Of a stretch of DNA of 64,000 nucleotides, positions 1-11,039 are shown one piece after another (position 1 is the stretch's first letter; each line of letters opens with the position of its first letter). Origin of the DNA: Ruditapes philippinarum (taxonomy: Eukaryota); NCBI RefSeq assembly GCF_026571515.1, contig NW_026863846.1:124001-188000 (forward strand), read 5' to 3'. The notes beneath the pieces were generated by a model that did no database searches, was not told the origin of the DNA, and saw only the letters and a list, made by a program, of their open reading frames with translations. The position numbers and the translations under genes were made by a program.

Positions 1-470
1 CCCAAACAATAATGTACACAAGTCCAAGTTTGTGTATTATTGTTCGGCCTCATCGTAATAGGAGCAAATTATTTATCACTTAAAATCAAAGCATCTGAAT
101 TGATTTAAATATTCGATGTTAAATAAAAAAATTTCTGAAGATAAGCCAAGTTTGGATATTTTACAAATGTTGCTCGGCCCTCGAATGTCTTGATCCATAT
201 TGGCATTATATTAACAAAGCAATAGGAAAACTATTTTAATGTTCTTAAGGAAAACAATAAAAACAAACATGGAAATGACTACATTTCTTTCAAGTAAATA
301 TCTATGGCAATACTGACAACGATGTTTTAATGGTTCTCACCTGTGTCATTTTTAAGATAATAATATAATGACAACGATGTTTCAGTAAGTGTTGTTTTCA
401 TATCGTATCAAGGGTTCTGACCTGTGTATTTTTTAAGAAATCCTCAGCGACAAGATATTTTATATTAAAG

Positions 471-776
471 GTACATATTCCTAGAGGGTTGGGTATCAGC
501 ACTATTTTGTTTGGCGTATGTGGAATAATGTGTGCACTGCCGTACTTTTTACAAGACCATTCTTCATACGATATTGAAAGTAGATCAAGTAATATCGGAA
601 TGTCAAACGTGTCGGTTGTAAGAGCTGCAGGCGGCCGGAAGGTGCCTCTATGTCAGAACGAGACTATGAACGCCGACGGAAGTTGTAACGCGGCTGAAGG
701 AAGTGCGCAAGCCACGGCGAACATGGAACAACTACATATCAAAAAAGTTGCCTACTGTCTCATTGCTGTAGGGATG
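471..776 (+). CDS. SLCO: SLCO exon A (VHIPRGLG...LIAVGM)
   Basis: aag|GTA acceptor, ATG|gtacgt donor, phase 0/0. Confidence 0.85.
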
Positions 777-3700
777 GTACGTATAAATTGATGAATTTCT
801 AAATCTGTTTTGTTTTCTGGTTTGAATGTTATAATTTATTTTTCGTCTAATTTATCCCTTTTTTTTCTTTTGTTAACCAGTTTTTGTTAAATAAAATGTA
901 AAAGAAATAATAACTTTTTATAAATATATTTTAAGTAAAATAAAGACATGAAGAACAATGTTTCCTGTCAGTTTGACAAGTATTGGGTAATATCTTTATT
1001 GCCTTGCTCTCTTACAACTTGGCAAGTGGTAAGCAATCATATATGATTGACATGCTCTGAACGCTTGACAAGTACTTGGCAACCATGTTTGATTTTATGC
1101 TCTCGAAAAACTTGGTTAGTGGTAAGCAACCATGTTCGGCTGGAATGATCTGTCAGCTTGGTCAAGTGTTTAACAACAATTTTCGTATTGCCTCCTTGGC
1201 AAGGACTAAATAGCCATATTTGATTTGCATGTTTTGCCAACTTTCCAAAGAGCCATATTTGATTTGCATGTTCTGCCAACATTCCAAATTAGCAATGTTT
1301 GAATGGCATGTTCCACCAGATGACAAGAGCTAACTAATCATGTTTCATTTGCATGTTCAAAAGGTCAAGGACGCGGGTTTTGTATTTATTACTCTTTATA
1401 TCTCAGAATACATAATACAATTTTAGAGTCGTTACCGCTTTCCTATTGCAGGTATTTCAAGGCGTCGGAAAATCTGTCCGTTATCCATTTGTTACCTTAT
1501 ATGTGGATGACGCTGTCGACAAACGAAAAACTGGTTTTTACATGGGAATTTTGACTGGTACCGGAATATTTGGTCCGGCACTTGCTTATCTGCTGGGTGG
1601 CCTCTTTAGTAAAATATATGTCACGCTTGAACGTACGTTTATAAGTACTTTTATAAGCAACATTTACTTGATTCTAGAGTTAAAGATATACTATGCTCAA
1701 GTTTATAATTTCAAATATTGATAATTGCTACACAGACTCTTTTAAATATAGAATATGCATGTTGTGACTACACACAAAGTAGATATCTTATGTTTGACAC
1801 AATAAGAATATATAGTGTTCTTTAAAAAAAACCTGGCTATTTTTGTTAAGAAAGGACAAACTTTACCTGATCTATAATAAGATATGCAGCTTCCAACACA
1901 CAGTTTGTACATTCATTTTTACTATTAAACATATTCAGAAAGAATTACATATATTTCTATTAATTTCTCGGATAAAAATATTTTACTCTAAGATGAGCAT
2001 AATATATCTTTAATACATCTAATTGCTGGCATGACAGCGCAATTGCAAACTGGCATATAATGGACAGTTGAGTGCGTAAAATCTTTACCTAATCTTTAAC
2101 TGTATCTGAATGACGTCAGAAATCGCCAATGAAAACGTATTGTAGAATCGGACATTTCTTAGATAACTTTATAGCGTCACGTGTAGCGTTTCTTCGGTAT
2201 AAAATAAAGATATTAGTTGGTTTGTTCTGTACCGCAGTACTATGGTAGCTAATTTGGAGCGCTTTTGTGCGTCGTGTTAGCACTAGCGACAACACAACAA
2301 AGCGCCAAACGGCGGGTTGTCGGACTTTCGTCTTGTCGTCCTGTCTCTAGCGTACGCCAAACAGCGCGTTGTTTTGCGGCGCAGTATCGCGATGTCGTTT
2401 GGCGTGCGCTAGAGACAGGACGACAAGACGACAGTGCGACAACGCGCCGTTTGGCGTTTTGTCGCTAGCGACAAGGCGAACAGGAGATAACAATAAAGGA
2501 TGTTAACGACAACGCAACTCGCAGTGTACCAAAAAACCACCATAGCAGTGCAGTACTCGACCAATTTAATTTTGTAAATACTTACTAATGGTTACTAAGC
2601 TATACGTAATGATGTCTGTAAGGCAAATAACGTGTAAGTTTCTTAAACTACTTGACTTACAGACTGAAATGTGGGAATTAACAACAATAAAAGTATTATG
2701 CTTTATAAAATCGTATAGTAAATTTAAATACTTTTTTGTCCAATAAAATATGAATATTTTCAGCGGTCAGTATCACACCCACTGATCCACGATGGATAGG
2801 GGCGTGGTGGCTGGGGTTTCTTGTGTTCGGGTCATTTGCAATACTATTCAGTGTTCCAATTATGTGTTTCCCTCGTAAGCTAAGAAGTAAAAGCCGAATG
2901 AAAGATTTAGAAATATCGGAGAAACAGATGAAGCCAGCTGCAAAAAGGAGTGCGTCCAAAACATTGAAGCATGAACTGAAAGGTATTAAACTCTCCGAGA
3001 GTTTTACATTAGTACCAATAACAAGTATTAAGTCAATGTAGCCTTATAATTACATTTAAAAATATCATTCTCGTAAATAAACTACCACTTTCGGTATATC
3101 ATTCTACCACTTCCGGTTTATAATGCTTCCACTTCCGGTATATAATACTACCACTTCCGGTAAATACTACTACCACTTCCGGTAAATAATACTACCACTT
3201 CCGGTATATAATACTATCACTTCCGGTATATAATGCTCTGTAAATAAAATACATCGATATTCTAAAATCTTTTATCTTGAATATGATAAATAATTATTTT
3301 TTTCAGAATTTGGACAAACAGTCGGGCGTGTTTTACGTAACCCTGTGTACATGGTCATAACCATATCGTCCTGTATTAACATAATAGGAGTGGCTGGAGT
3401 TTTATCATTCATGCCGAAATATCTTGCTGCACAATACACGATCCCGTTATGGCAGGCGAACATTATACTTGGTAAGAATAATTTATTTTAGATAACAGCA
3501 TGCCAACATTTAATGTGTTTCGGTAGGTTCAGCGCAATCTACATGTAAACGCGGACATAACACAATGGGGGAACCTTGACAGTACGGTAGTAACAAGACG
3601 TTAGTACTACATGATATGGTGAAGCGCGACAGTACAATGGTGACAGTACGAAAGTACAATAGCCAAGAGCGACAGTACAATGGTGACAGTACGAAAGTGA

Positions 3701-6700
3701 TAGCCAAGCGCGACAGTACAATGGTGACAGTACAAAAGTACGATAGCCAAGCGCGACAGTACAATGGTGACAGTACGAAACTTTGATAGCCATGCGCAAC
3801 AGTACAATGGTGACAGTACGAAAGTACAATAGCCAAGCACGACAGTACGATAGCGACATTGCAATGGTGGCAGTTTTAATTCCACTGAACTTTCGCTCTT
3901 CGCCATCGTCCTGTTGAACTGTCACCATTCTAATGCCTTGGTTTGCGCTCTGAGTCCTTAGGGAAAAAGGTGCTTGCCCTAACAGAACATAGCCGCTTAC
4001 TTGTAATTCCAATATGTTCAAAAGTAAGCTCTATTTAAAGCAAAGACGATTGTATTGAGAGTCACGTTACCTTCCATGCTAGAGGAAGTTAAATATAAAG
4101 TAATGGTAATGAGATGTTTAACAATGTCTTGCTTGAACCTTCATTTGAGGCATACTTTGTATTTGGATTGTTATTAATGTCACAGGGTGATAAAAAAAGT
4201 GAAGCTTAAACTGGACTCGAACCTGGAACTCTCGGAATACCGTTCCATGGCTCTATCGACTGACCTATCCGACCACTTACACATCTTCTATCCTAAAAGT
4301 GAACAGTTCTGAACCATGACATACTCCCCAGCTATATTGAAACTCGTCCTCGAATTTCTCAGGGTTACAGAGTAATGTAGATTAAAATCTGAGCTATATG
4401 TAGTCACGTTACTACGTTGGTCGCCAAATGTTAAAGTATGCAGTCTGGTCGGAACTTGAACCCGGACCCTTGGAGTACCAGGCCCTTTACACATTTTTTC
4501 TCCTTAGTAGTGAAAATTTCTGCACCGTGATATAAACGTCAAAAATAAATTGTCATTTGTTAACAATTTCAAACTATATTAATTTTTTCTTTGTTCCCCC
4601 GTAGCACCGCCTTAATAATTGTTCGACAGTAACAACAACGTTTTACTTTTCTTTGATGGCCTACCAAAAGTATTTATTTCCCTATTTGTTTCAGCTCTAA
4701 GTTCAATATCGGCTGTGGCGCTGGGTTCTTTTCTCGGAGGTGTGATGTCACGTAAAATTGAGATGACCCCACAGACTACATTAAAATTATTGATATTTTT
4801 CTATCTGTTAAATTTTATATGTATGTGCAGTGGGTTCCTTCTCGGATGTGATCAGCCAGCTTTGGTTGGAGATAATGGCAAAAGGTATTATTATATGAGC
4901 AGCGTCATGACAAAACCAACGTAATGGGTTTGCGAACAGCATGGATCCAGACCAGCCTGCGCATCCGCCAAGTCTGATCAGGATCCATGCTGTTCGCTTA
5001 CAAAAGTAGAGAAGCTAATAGCGAACAGCATGGATCCTGATCAGACTGCGCGGATGCGCAGGCTGGTCTGGATCCGTGCTGGTCGCAAACCCATTATGTT
5101 GGTTTTGTCGTGACGCGGCTCATATAATTATATATACACATGGAAATAAATTATGCACACCCCCGGCATTTTGCCTCAATTTTGACATGACAACAACCGA
5201 AAATTTAAATGTTATTTGGGTAAAGGGACGAACCACCTGTAGGCCTAATCAATCTGCAACAACTGGAACAAGCTCTGAACTAAGAATAGCAAAATTTACC
5301 TCAAAATCGTATAAGCGCCTTATTAAGTTTTCGATAGTATGAGGAGAAGGTTTGAGGCTATCATCCGGGCACGTGGCGATTACAACACGTTATTAAGGGG
5401 GCAGGGGACCATAAATGAACAATTTTGTATTTCAGTATGGCCAGAAACACAATTCCAAATATTTCAAAATCTGTTTCACAGGCTGATAACATGCTGCACA
5501 GCATTATTCAAGGATATTTGACATACATGTAAGTAAATAATAGTTTGCATGCATTGCTCCTTACATAAATGACTGACAGCAATTTATGTTTACCCCCACC
5601 CACCAAAAATCACACCTAAAATATACCAATATGGACAATCTTCATGAAGGTGCAGCATACTCAAGAATTCGCCCGATTCTTTGTAAAATATCGCTAAACC
5701 AGTGCAATGAATGGAATTTCAAAAATGACCAATAAAGTGTCTGTCATAGTTTAGATTTTTCACAAAATTTAACCAAAATTTCTTACTTGTTTGGCGCCAA
5801 CTGTTAAAGCTTGATTTTTAACTTTTTCACCTCCATTCGGAGAGTCATAAATACATACACAGCTACCAAAATGCTTTGTTTCGGGTAAAAACCCAAAAAT
5901 ACTGCTCTTTCCTTTACACACAAACAAGAAAGAATTACAATGACAGAGAAATATCAAAAGTTTCAAGTTCCTTCAAAATATCATGTCTAAGTTATTAACA
6001 AAAATTGACGGGGCCATCGTTCAGCTTTGTCCCCTGTCCCCTTAAAAAATTGGCTACATAACGTCATTTTAGGTTACGTTATCGTTAACATTTACCGAAA
6101 TTATCCACTTGAAAAAGTTTTGTCAATCGAGTCGTCATTTCGTGACAGTGATTTCAATCACAACCAATTTTAAATTTCCGGTGTGTACTTAACTTATTTC
6201 CAGTTGTATATATATTCTTTTTCTTTATGATAAATCTAATAGTGTTAAAAAGGACGCTTACTATAATAAAAGATCTATGATTCAAGATATTCCGAATAAA
6301 TTTGAAGGTGTTAAACATATCAATATATGCTTGCTGCCATTTAATCAAATCTGAAGGAATTAAAGCTACCATTAGACGATTCTTGCCATATATTTAAATT
6401 TGTAGGAAAAGACGTCCGGATAGCTCAATAGGTAGAGCGTTTGACTGTGAATCTGACGATCCGGGTTCGATTCCTGGACGATTCCGGTCACTTTTGCTGT
6501 GATTTATCATGAATTTTTTTTACGGTCATTCGCACTGTGCCTCTCTGCTCGAGCATGTACAGAAGTTTCAGTTTCTTGCAAAAGTGGAGGCAGTTAGTAC
6601 TGGTTAAGTGCTTTACAGCCAGGAACGATGCGTTAGCTGAAGTAAGCTCTGGTGATAATGTGGCTTACTGCCGTGACCCAGAGTGAAAACCACATCCACT

Positions 6701-9700
6701 ACCTATCGGAAGATGCTTGTTTATTTATTTATTTATTCATTCATTTATTTACTTATTCTTTTTAGATATCATTCTTAGATATTCTACTTTCATGTTTGGA
6801 TTAAGTTTCATATCTAATATTTAAACTTTTCCTCCTATATACAAGCATTAAAAATTTCTTTAGTATTTTAATCTAATTTTTCCTCGGTTGGCTAATTAGT
6901 CCAACATTATATGTAATAAACTATTAAAGACTCTTTTTTTATAAAGTGAGTTGTCCCCCTTGTTCACACCTGTTGAATCGTGCGTACAAGGTTGTGTCTG
7001 CGACGACGAGAAATATTTCCCAGTTTGCGGCGATGATGGACGGTCGTATTTTAGCCCTTGCCATGCCGGGTGCACGGTGAAAGATGTTACGGTATATTTG
7101 TGATTACTAACTATATAGTCGACTAAATTAAAATAAGACATTTATACACTAGCATTTTTTTTACACTTTTCTTGATTGAGGATACAGTTATAAATATTTT
7201 TAATTGTTTTTGTTTGTTTGTTGTTTTTAATTGATTTTACGTCACACCGACACAGTATAAGTCATATGGCGACGTTCTAGATTTACTGGTGGGTGCCGTT
7301 CCGTGCATTATTTCAGGCAAGAACGGGCTCCTAAGTAGAACCACCGACGTTCCGTAAGCTAGCTGGATAGCTTCCTCGCATGAAAGAATCCACAGTCCCT
7401 GACGGGATTCGAACCCACAGCAGTGAGGGACAAGTGGTTTGAAGTCAACGACCTTAAGCAAACGGCCATAACTTAACGTTTACTTTTATTACAAGTAAAG
7501 GTATTTAAAGATCCTGTATGTTGTAATTGAGGTTGTAAACCACACTTAAGAGGAATTATTTATATGTATATAATTATGCTTATAAAACAATTTTCAAACA
7601 TCGAAGAATATGCAAATTATGTACTGCAAATATTTGTACATCTTATATGTAATCATTAAAATATATGCATTCAATTCTTATCGAAAAAATTGAGTTAGAC
7701 TTTATAGAAACTATTTTTTTTAATTACCTCCCTTTATATACATGAAATGTAAATTCGGTAATATCTTTATAAATAACGCTTTTTGGAACTTACAAAATTG
7801 AAAATTTTTAATTTGAGCATCGTATTTATGATACAAAACCATAAAAAAAATGTGTTACATGATCTTTCAGCTGAAATAAGAAATGAGCCGTGTCACGACA
7901 AAACCAACATAGTGGGTTTGCGACCAGCATGGATCCAGACCAGCCTGCGCATCCGCGCAGTCTGGTTAGGATTCATGCTGTTCGCCATTAGTTTCTCTAC
8001 TTGTAATAGGGTTGGTAAGCGAACAGCATGAATCCTAACCAGACTGCGCGGATGCGCAGGCTGGTCTGGAACCATGCTGGTCGCAAACCCACTATGTTGG
8101 TTTTGTCGTGACACGGCTCAGTCTGATTAGGATCCATGCTGTTCGCTTACCAACCCTATTACAAGTAGAGAAACTAATGGCGAACAGCATGGATCCTGAT
8201 CAGACTGTGCGGATGCGCAGGCTGGTCTGGATCTATGCTGGTCGCAAACCCATTATGTTGGTTTTGTCGTGACGCGGCTCATTTCTTATTTCAGACATTT
8301 ATGAACTGCTCGTGTATAAGCACGGGTCAGGCTACAGCTGGACTCTGTGATCAAGGGTGCTCGTCTAAGTTGTACACTTACGCTGCCTTCACGTTTGTTG
8401 GAAAACTTTTCACAGCCTTCAAGATTATACCTACATTTTTGGCAAAAATTAGGTACTCTAAAATTTATTTACTCTCATTTAGTGGCAATTACACAAAACA
8501 ATGATTACTTTAAACTTTGCTAGATAATATTTGAACGTTATCATTGATTTTTCACCAATTTGCATAATTACTATGATGCCAACAGTGTTTTTTTTTATCA
8601 GAGGAGAGAACTAGAACATGCATAATGCCAAACTCCTCGTGGCGGTTACTTCCCTTTATTATAAGAATTAAGAGGTGATTGGCATTGCAGTTTCGATAGG
8701 GCGTGAGTTCAGTTCAAACCCCTGAATATGCAGTTTTTAAATATTTGTCTTTTGTCTTTCTTTTTTTCGTTTCGTCAGATTATGATTTTCTTTATTAATT
8801 CATATCATAAATTTGTAATTAAAACAATGAAGTTTTTTTGTGTGTATATTTAACTGTGATTAACTAGATGTGTTTTGCTAATATATACCGTATTTACTGT
8901 TACAGATGCGTTGAGGAAAGGGACAGAGCAGCTGCTTCAGCATTTTCCGGATTTTTAGTTTCTGCTCTAGGTATACTGACATACATGTATATTTACAATT
9001 ATTTAATGTGAAAAAACTCTCATTTAAAATGAAGGGTAAAACGTAGCTGCGTATCAAAAGAACTATGATAACTTGCTGTCAAAATTACAACATAGTATCT
9101 GAGTATTGATATTGGCAAATTTATTTGTGCATTATTTTATCCTCATTCATGTTCGGAACTGTTTCTATTTATTAATACTGATTGGCTGCTGGACCCTGTT
9201 ACACTCGGAAATATTATTTTTATGTAGGTTTGATTCCCGGCCTTGTTATATATTCGGAAATATTATTCTAATGTAGGTGTGATTAACGGCCTTGTTATAT
9301 TTGAAAATATTATTTTTATGTAGGGTTGGTTCCAAGTCTTGTTATCTTCTGTAATATTATTTTCATAAGGTTTGATTCCCGGCCTTGTTATATTCGGAAA
9401 AAATTATTTTCATGTAGGTTTGGTTCCCAGTCTTGTTATGTTCGGAAATATTATTTTCATGTAGGTTTGGTTCCCGGCCTTGTTATATATAAAAAACTGC
9501 TATTTTATGTAGGTTGGATGCCGGGCCCTGTTATATTTGGAAGGATTATTGACGGAACTTGTTCACTGTGGAAATACACGTGCGGGGAACGCCAGTCTTG
9601 TCTACTTTACGACATCGTATTTTTCCGTAATGCTGTTCACGGATACGGGACAATAGCGACATCCGTCGCCATGGGTATCGTCATTATGTTGTATATCTAT

Positions 9701-10571
9701 TTCCGTGTTAAAGGAGTCACGAAATGGCGGGAGGACGAAAAGAAACCGGAAGTAGAAAACACAATTAGTGTTGGAAATGAACAAAATGGAAAGGTCAGAG
9801 TTATATCAATTTTTTTTCTTGTAAATGTAATCTGAAACATATATAGTATATTTATAAACAAGATTAATTTGACAGATGATTAATTTGACAGATGATTTAA
9901 TTTGACAGATGATTAATTTTTACAGATGATTAATTTTTACAGATGATTAATTTGACAGACGATAAATCTTACTGATGCATATAAATAGACTGTCAATAGA
10001 TACAACAAGCCCCGCGGCTTAAGTTTGCCTATTATTCATAATTGTTTCAACAGAAACAACTATGATAGTTACCTTTATACATTAAATATTCAAAATAGCA
10101 TTTCTTTATGCTAAAGGCCCATTTTATCTCCAAAATGCATATCATTTTTATTTCTCAAAAACTTTTATTTTTTCCAGAAAATTCTCATTTCCTTTAAACT
10201 TAACCTATCTTTTGCTCTGTTGGCAATTGGTATAATGATAGTGAATTAATATTTTGCATGGAAGTCAAAAAACTACTTTGTTTACATTTTCCCACCTTTA
10301 AGACATATTATTGCAATTTCAGACAACAACCTTTAGCTGTTTTTAAACATTTTTTAACATGCCCTAAATCCATTAAATTATAATTAAAACATTACATGAC
10401 ATTTCTAAAGAATAAGAAAAATATTTATTTCTGAGGCACATTGTGACTTTAAAATTTGAATCTTATTACACAAAAGCATGGACTTGCGGAACATTTGTTT
10501 CATTTAATTTATTGTGATTTTTTCTTTTCTTTTGACAGATATACAAACCAATGGAGAAAACAGATGATTGA
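471..10571 (+). CDS. SLCO: Organic anion transporting polypeptide (OATP/SLCO family), 5'-partial; 10 coding exons, 580 aa in window
   Basis: Phase-consistent GT-AG exons 471-776, 1452-1632, 2764-2982, 3307-3471, 4695-4884, 6947-7091, 8295-8452, 8906-8970, 9513-9793, 10539-10571. Contains the OATP signature DPRWIGAWWLGFL, the Kazal-like loop PVCGDDGRSYFSPCHAGC and GWMPGPVIFGRIIDGTC. Subfamily cannot be assigned by eye. Confidence 0.95.
1452..1632 (+). CDS. SLCO: SLCO exon B (VFQGVGK...YVDDAV...GPALAYLLGG)
   Basis: ttgcag| acceptor, |gtacgt donor, phase 0/1. Confidence 0.93.
2270..2480. mobile_element. GC-rich foldback/MITE-like element; related copy at about 19520-19765
   Basis: Long inverted arms (cgtcttgtcgtcctgtctctagcg / cgctagagacaggacgacaagacg). 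Confidence 0.65.
2764..2982 (+). CDS. SLCO: SLCO exon C (OATP signature DPRWIGAWWLGFL)
   Basis: ttttcag| acceptor, G|gtatta donor, phase 1/1. Confidence 0.95.
3080..3235. repeat. ~22-bp minisatellite (taccacttccggtatataatac)
   Basis: About 7 tandem units. Confidence 0.85.
3307..3471 (+). CDS. SLCO: SLCO exon D (LRNPVY...FMPKYLAAQY)
   Basis: tttcag| acceptor, G|gtaaga donor, phase 1/1. Confidence 0.93.
3575..3870. repeat. ~43-bp tandem repeat (gacagtacaatggtgacagtacgaaagtacaatagccaagcgc)
   Basis: 5-6 units; explains the repetitive ORFs at 3510-4021. Confidence 0.85.
4178..4532 (-). mobile_element. Degenerate TRIM with tRNA-like LTRs (same family as 42073-42472)
   Basis: 3' LTR 4178-4321 matches the reverse complement of 42328-42472; PBS-like tggcgaccaacgt; purine-rich ggggagta before the LTR; 5' LTR carries deletions. 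Confidence 0.75.
4695..4884 (+). CDS. SLCO: SLCO exon E (GSFLGG...LGCDQPALVG)
   Basis: tttcag| acceptor, AG|gtatta donor, phase 1/2. Confidence 0.92.
4895..5123. mobile_element. Palindromic MITE family A (ATGAGC...GCTCAT, ~100-bp TIRs)
   Basis: Near-perfect inverted arms; five loci in the window. Confidence 0.9.
5131..6210 (+). mobile_element. Non-autonomous Tc1/mariner remnant with a nested MITE
   Basis: TIRs tatacacatggaaataaatt / acttatttccagttgtata; SMRRRFEAIIRARGD resembles the Tc1 transposase C-terminus. Confidence 0.7.
5393..6045. mobile_element. TTAA-flanked (Kolobok-type) MITE nested in the Tc1 remnant
   Basis: ttaagggggcaggggac ... gtcccctgtccccttaa. Confidence 0.75.
6414..6710 (+). 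mobile_element. tRNA-derived SINE
   Basis: A box (tagctcaataggtagagc) and B box (ggttcgattcc) followed by a non-tRNA body; 3' limit approximate. Confidence 0.65.
6947..7091 (+). CDS. SLCO: SLCO exon F (Kazal-like extracellular loop)
   Basis: CVQGCVCDDEKYFPVCGDDGRSYFSPCHAGC; phase 2/0. Confidence 0.92.
7211..7470 (-). mobile_element. tRNA-derived SINE with (AAAC)n tail
   Basis: Reverse B box (gggattcgaaccc) and gtttgtttg tail. Confidence 0.75.
7505..7868. mobile_element. TTAA-type MITE family C; inverted copy at 56087-56450
   Basis: TIR ttaaagatcctgta / tacatgatcttt; internal sequence matches the reverse complement of 56087-56450. Confidence 0.75.
7883..8282. mobile_element. MITE family A, one full copy plus a tandem partial copy
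   Basis: Same sequence as 4895-5123. Confidence 0.9.
8295..8452 (+). CDS. SLCO: SLCO exon G (NCSCI...GLCDQGC)
   Basis: tttcag| acceptor, AG|gtactc donor, phase 0/2. Confidence 0.92.
8906..8970 (+). CDS. SLCO: SLCO exon H (RCVEERDRAAA)
   Basis: ttacag| acceptor, G|gtatac donor, phase 2/1. Confidence 0.9.
9181..9540 (+). repeat. 46-49-bp tandem array derived from the SLCO exon I acceptor junction
   Basis: AG at 9226, 9275, 9322, 9368, 9416, 9463 and the true site 9511; each is followed by an exon-like gtttg(g/a)ttcccggccttgttata. Confidence 0.9.
9513..9793 (+). CDS. SLCO: SLCO exon I (GWMPGPVIFGRIIDGTC...CLLYD)
   Basis: tatgtag| acceptor, AAG|gtcaga donor, phase 1/0. Confidence 0.92.
9862..9965. 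repeat. ~17-bp minisatellite (gattaatttgacagat)
   Basis: About 6 units. Confidence 0.8.
10539..10571 (+). CDS. SLCO: SLCO probable terminal coding exon (IYKPMEKTDD*)
   Basis: Long polypyrimidine tract plus tttgacag; in phase; stop followed by AATAAA near 10685 and 10706. Confidence 0.65.
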   Translation: MYKPMEKTDD

Positions 10572-10832
10572 AAGTAATACAAGAAAAAAACAATCAGCAA
10601 TTTATTTGTTCTAACTTCCGTGTTTTAAAGCTGTTACAATGGACAGTGTCCGAGACTACATCCTATTACATCACGGTCGTTCGTAATAAAGGACGCTTTC
10701 GTTCAATAAACTTTGACCATTTCCTTGCTTTTTTATTGTTTTTTAACAGTATGACTTATTTTTGTTGCTTCTCGTTTGTGTAAAGTTCTTTATCATAACC
10801 CCTCGAGCAAGGATACGAATGTCAGCCATTGG

Positions 10833-10865
<33 letters not shown>

Positions 10866-11039
10866 TTTATTTAGCAATTAAGCATTACAATGCTTTTAGC
10901 CATAATATACATTTGACATAAGGTGACAAATGACACGAGAAATCATTAGCAATCAAATATTTTCTGCATAGAGAAGCTTACACTATAAATAAACTAGTTT
11001 GACATAGGTAAATTTAAATCGATACCAATATAATAATTA

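Noticed and set aside
7783-8114. ORFs in MITE family A (also 5076, 57332) and family B (25958, 38367, 46398, 46511)
   Set aside because: Chance frames within non-coding palindromic MITEs
9326-9512. N-terminal extension of the 169-aa ORF
   Set aside because: Intronic decoy-acceptor array; OATP homology starts at 9513
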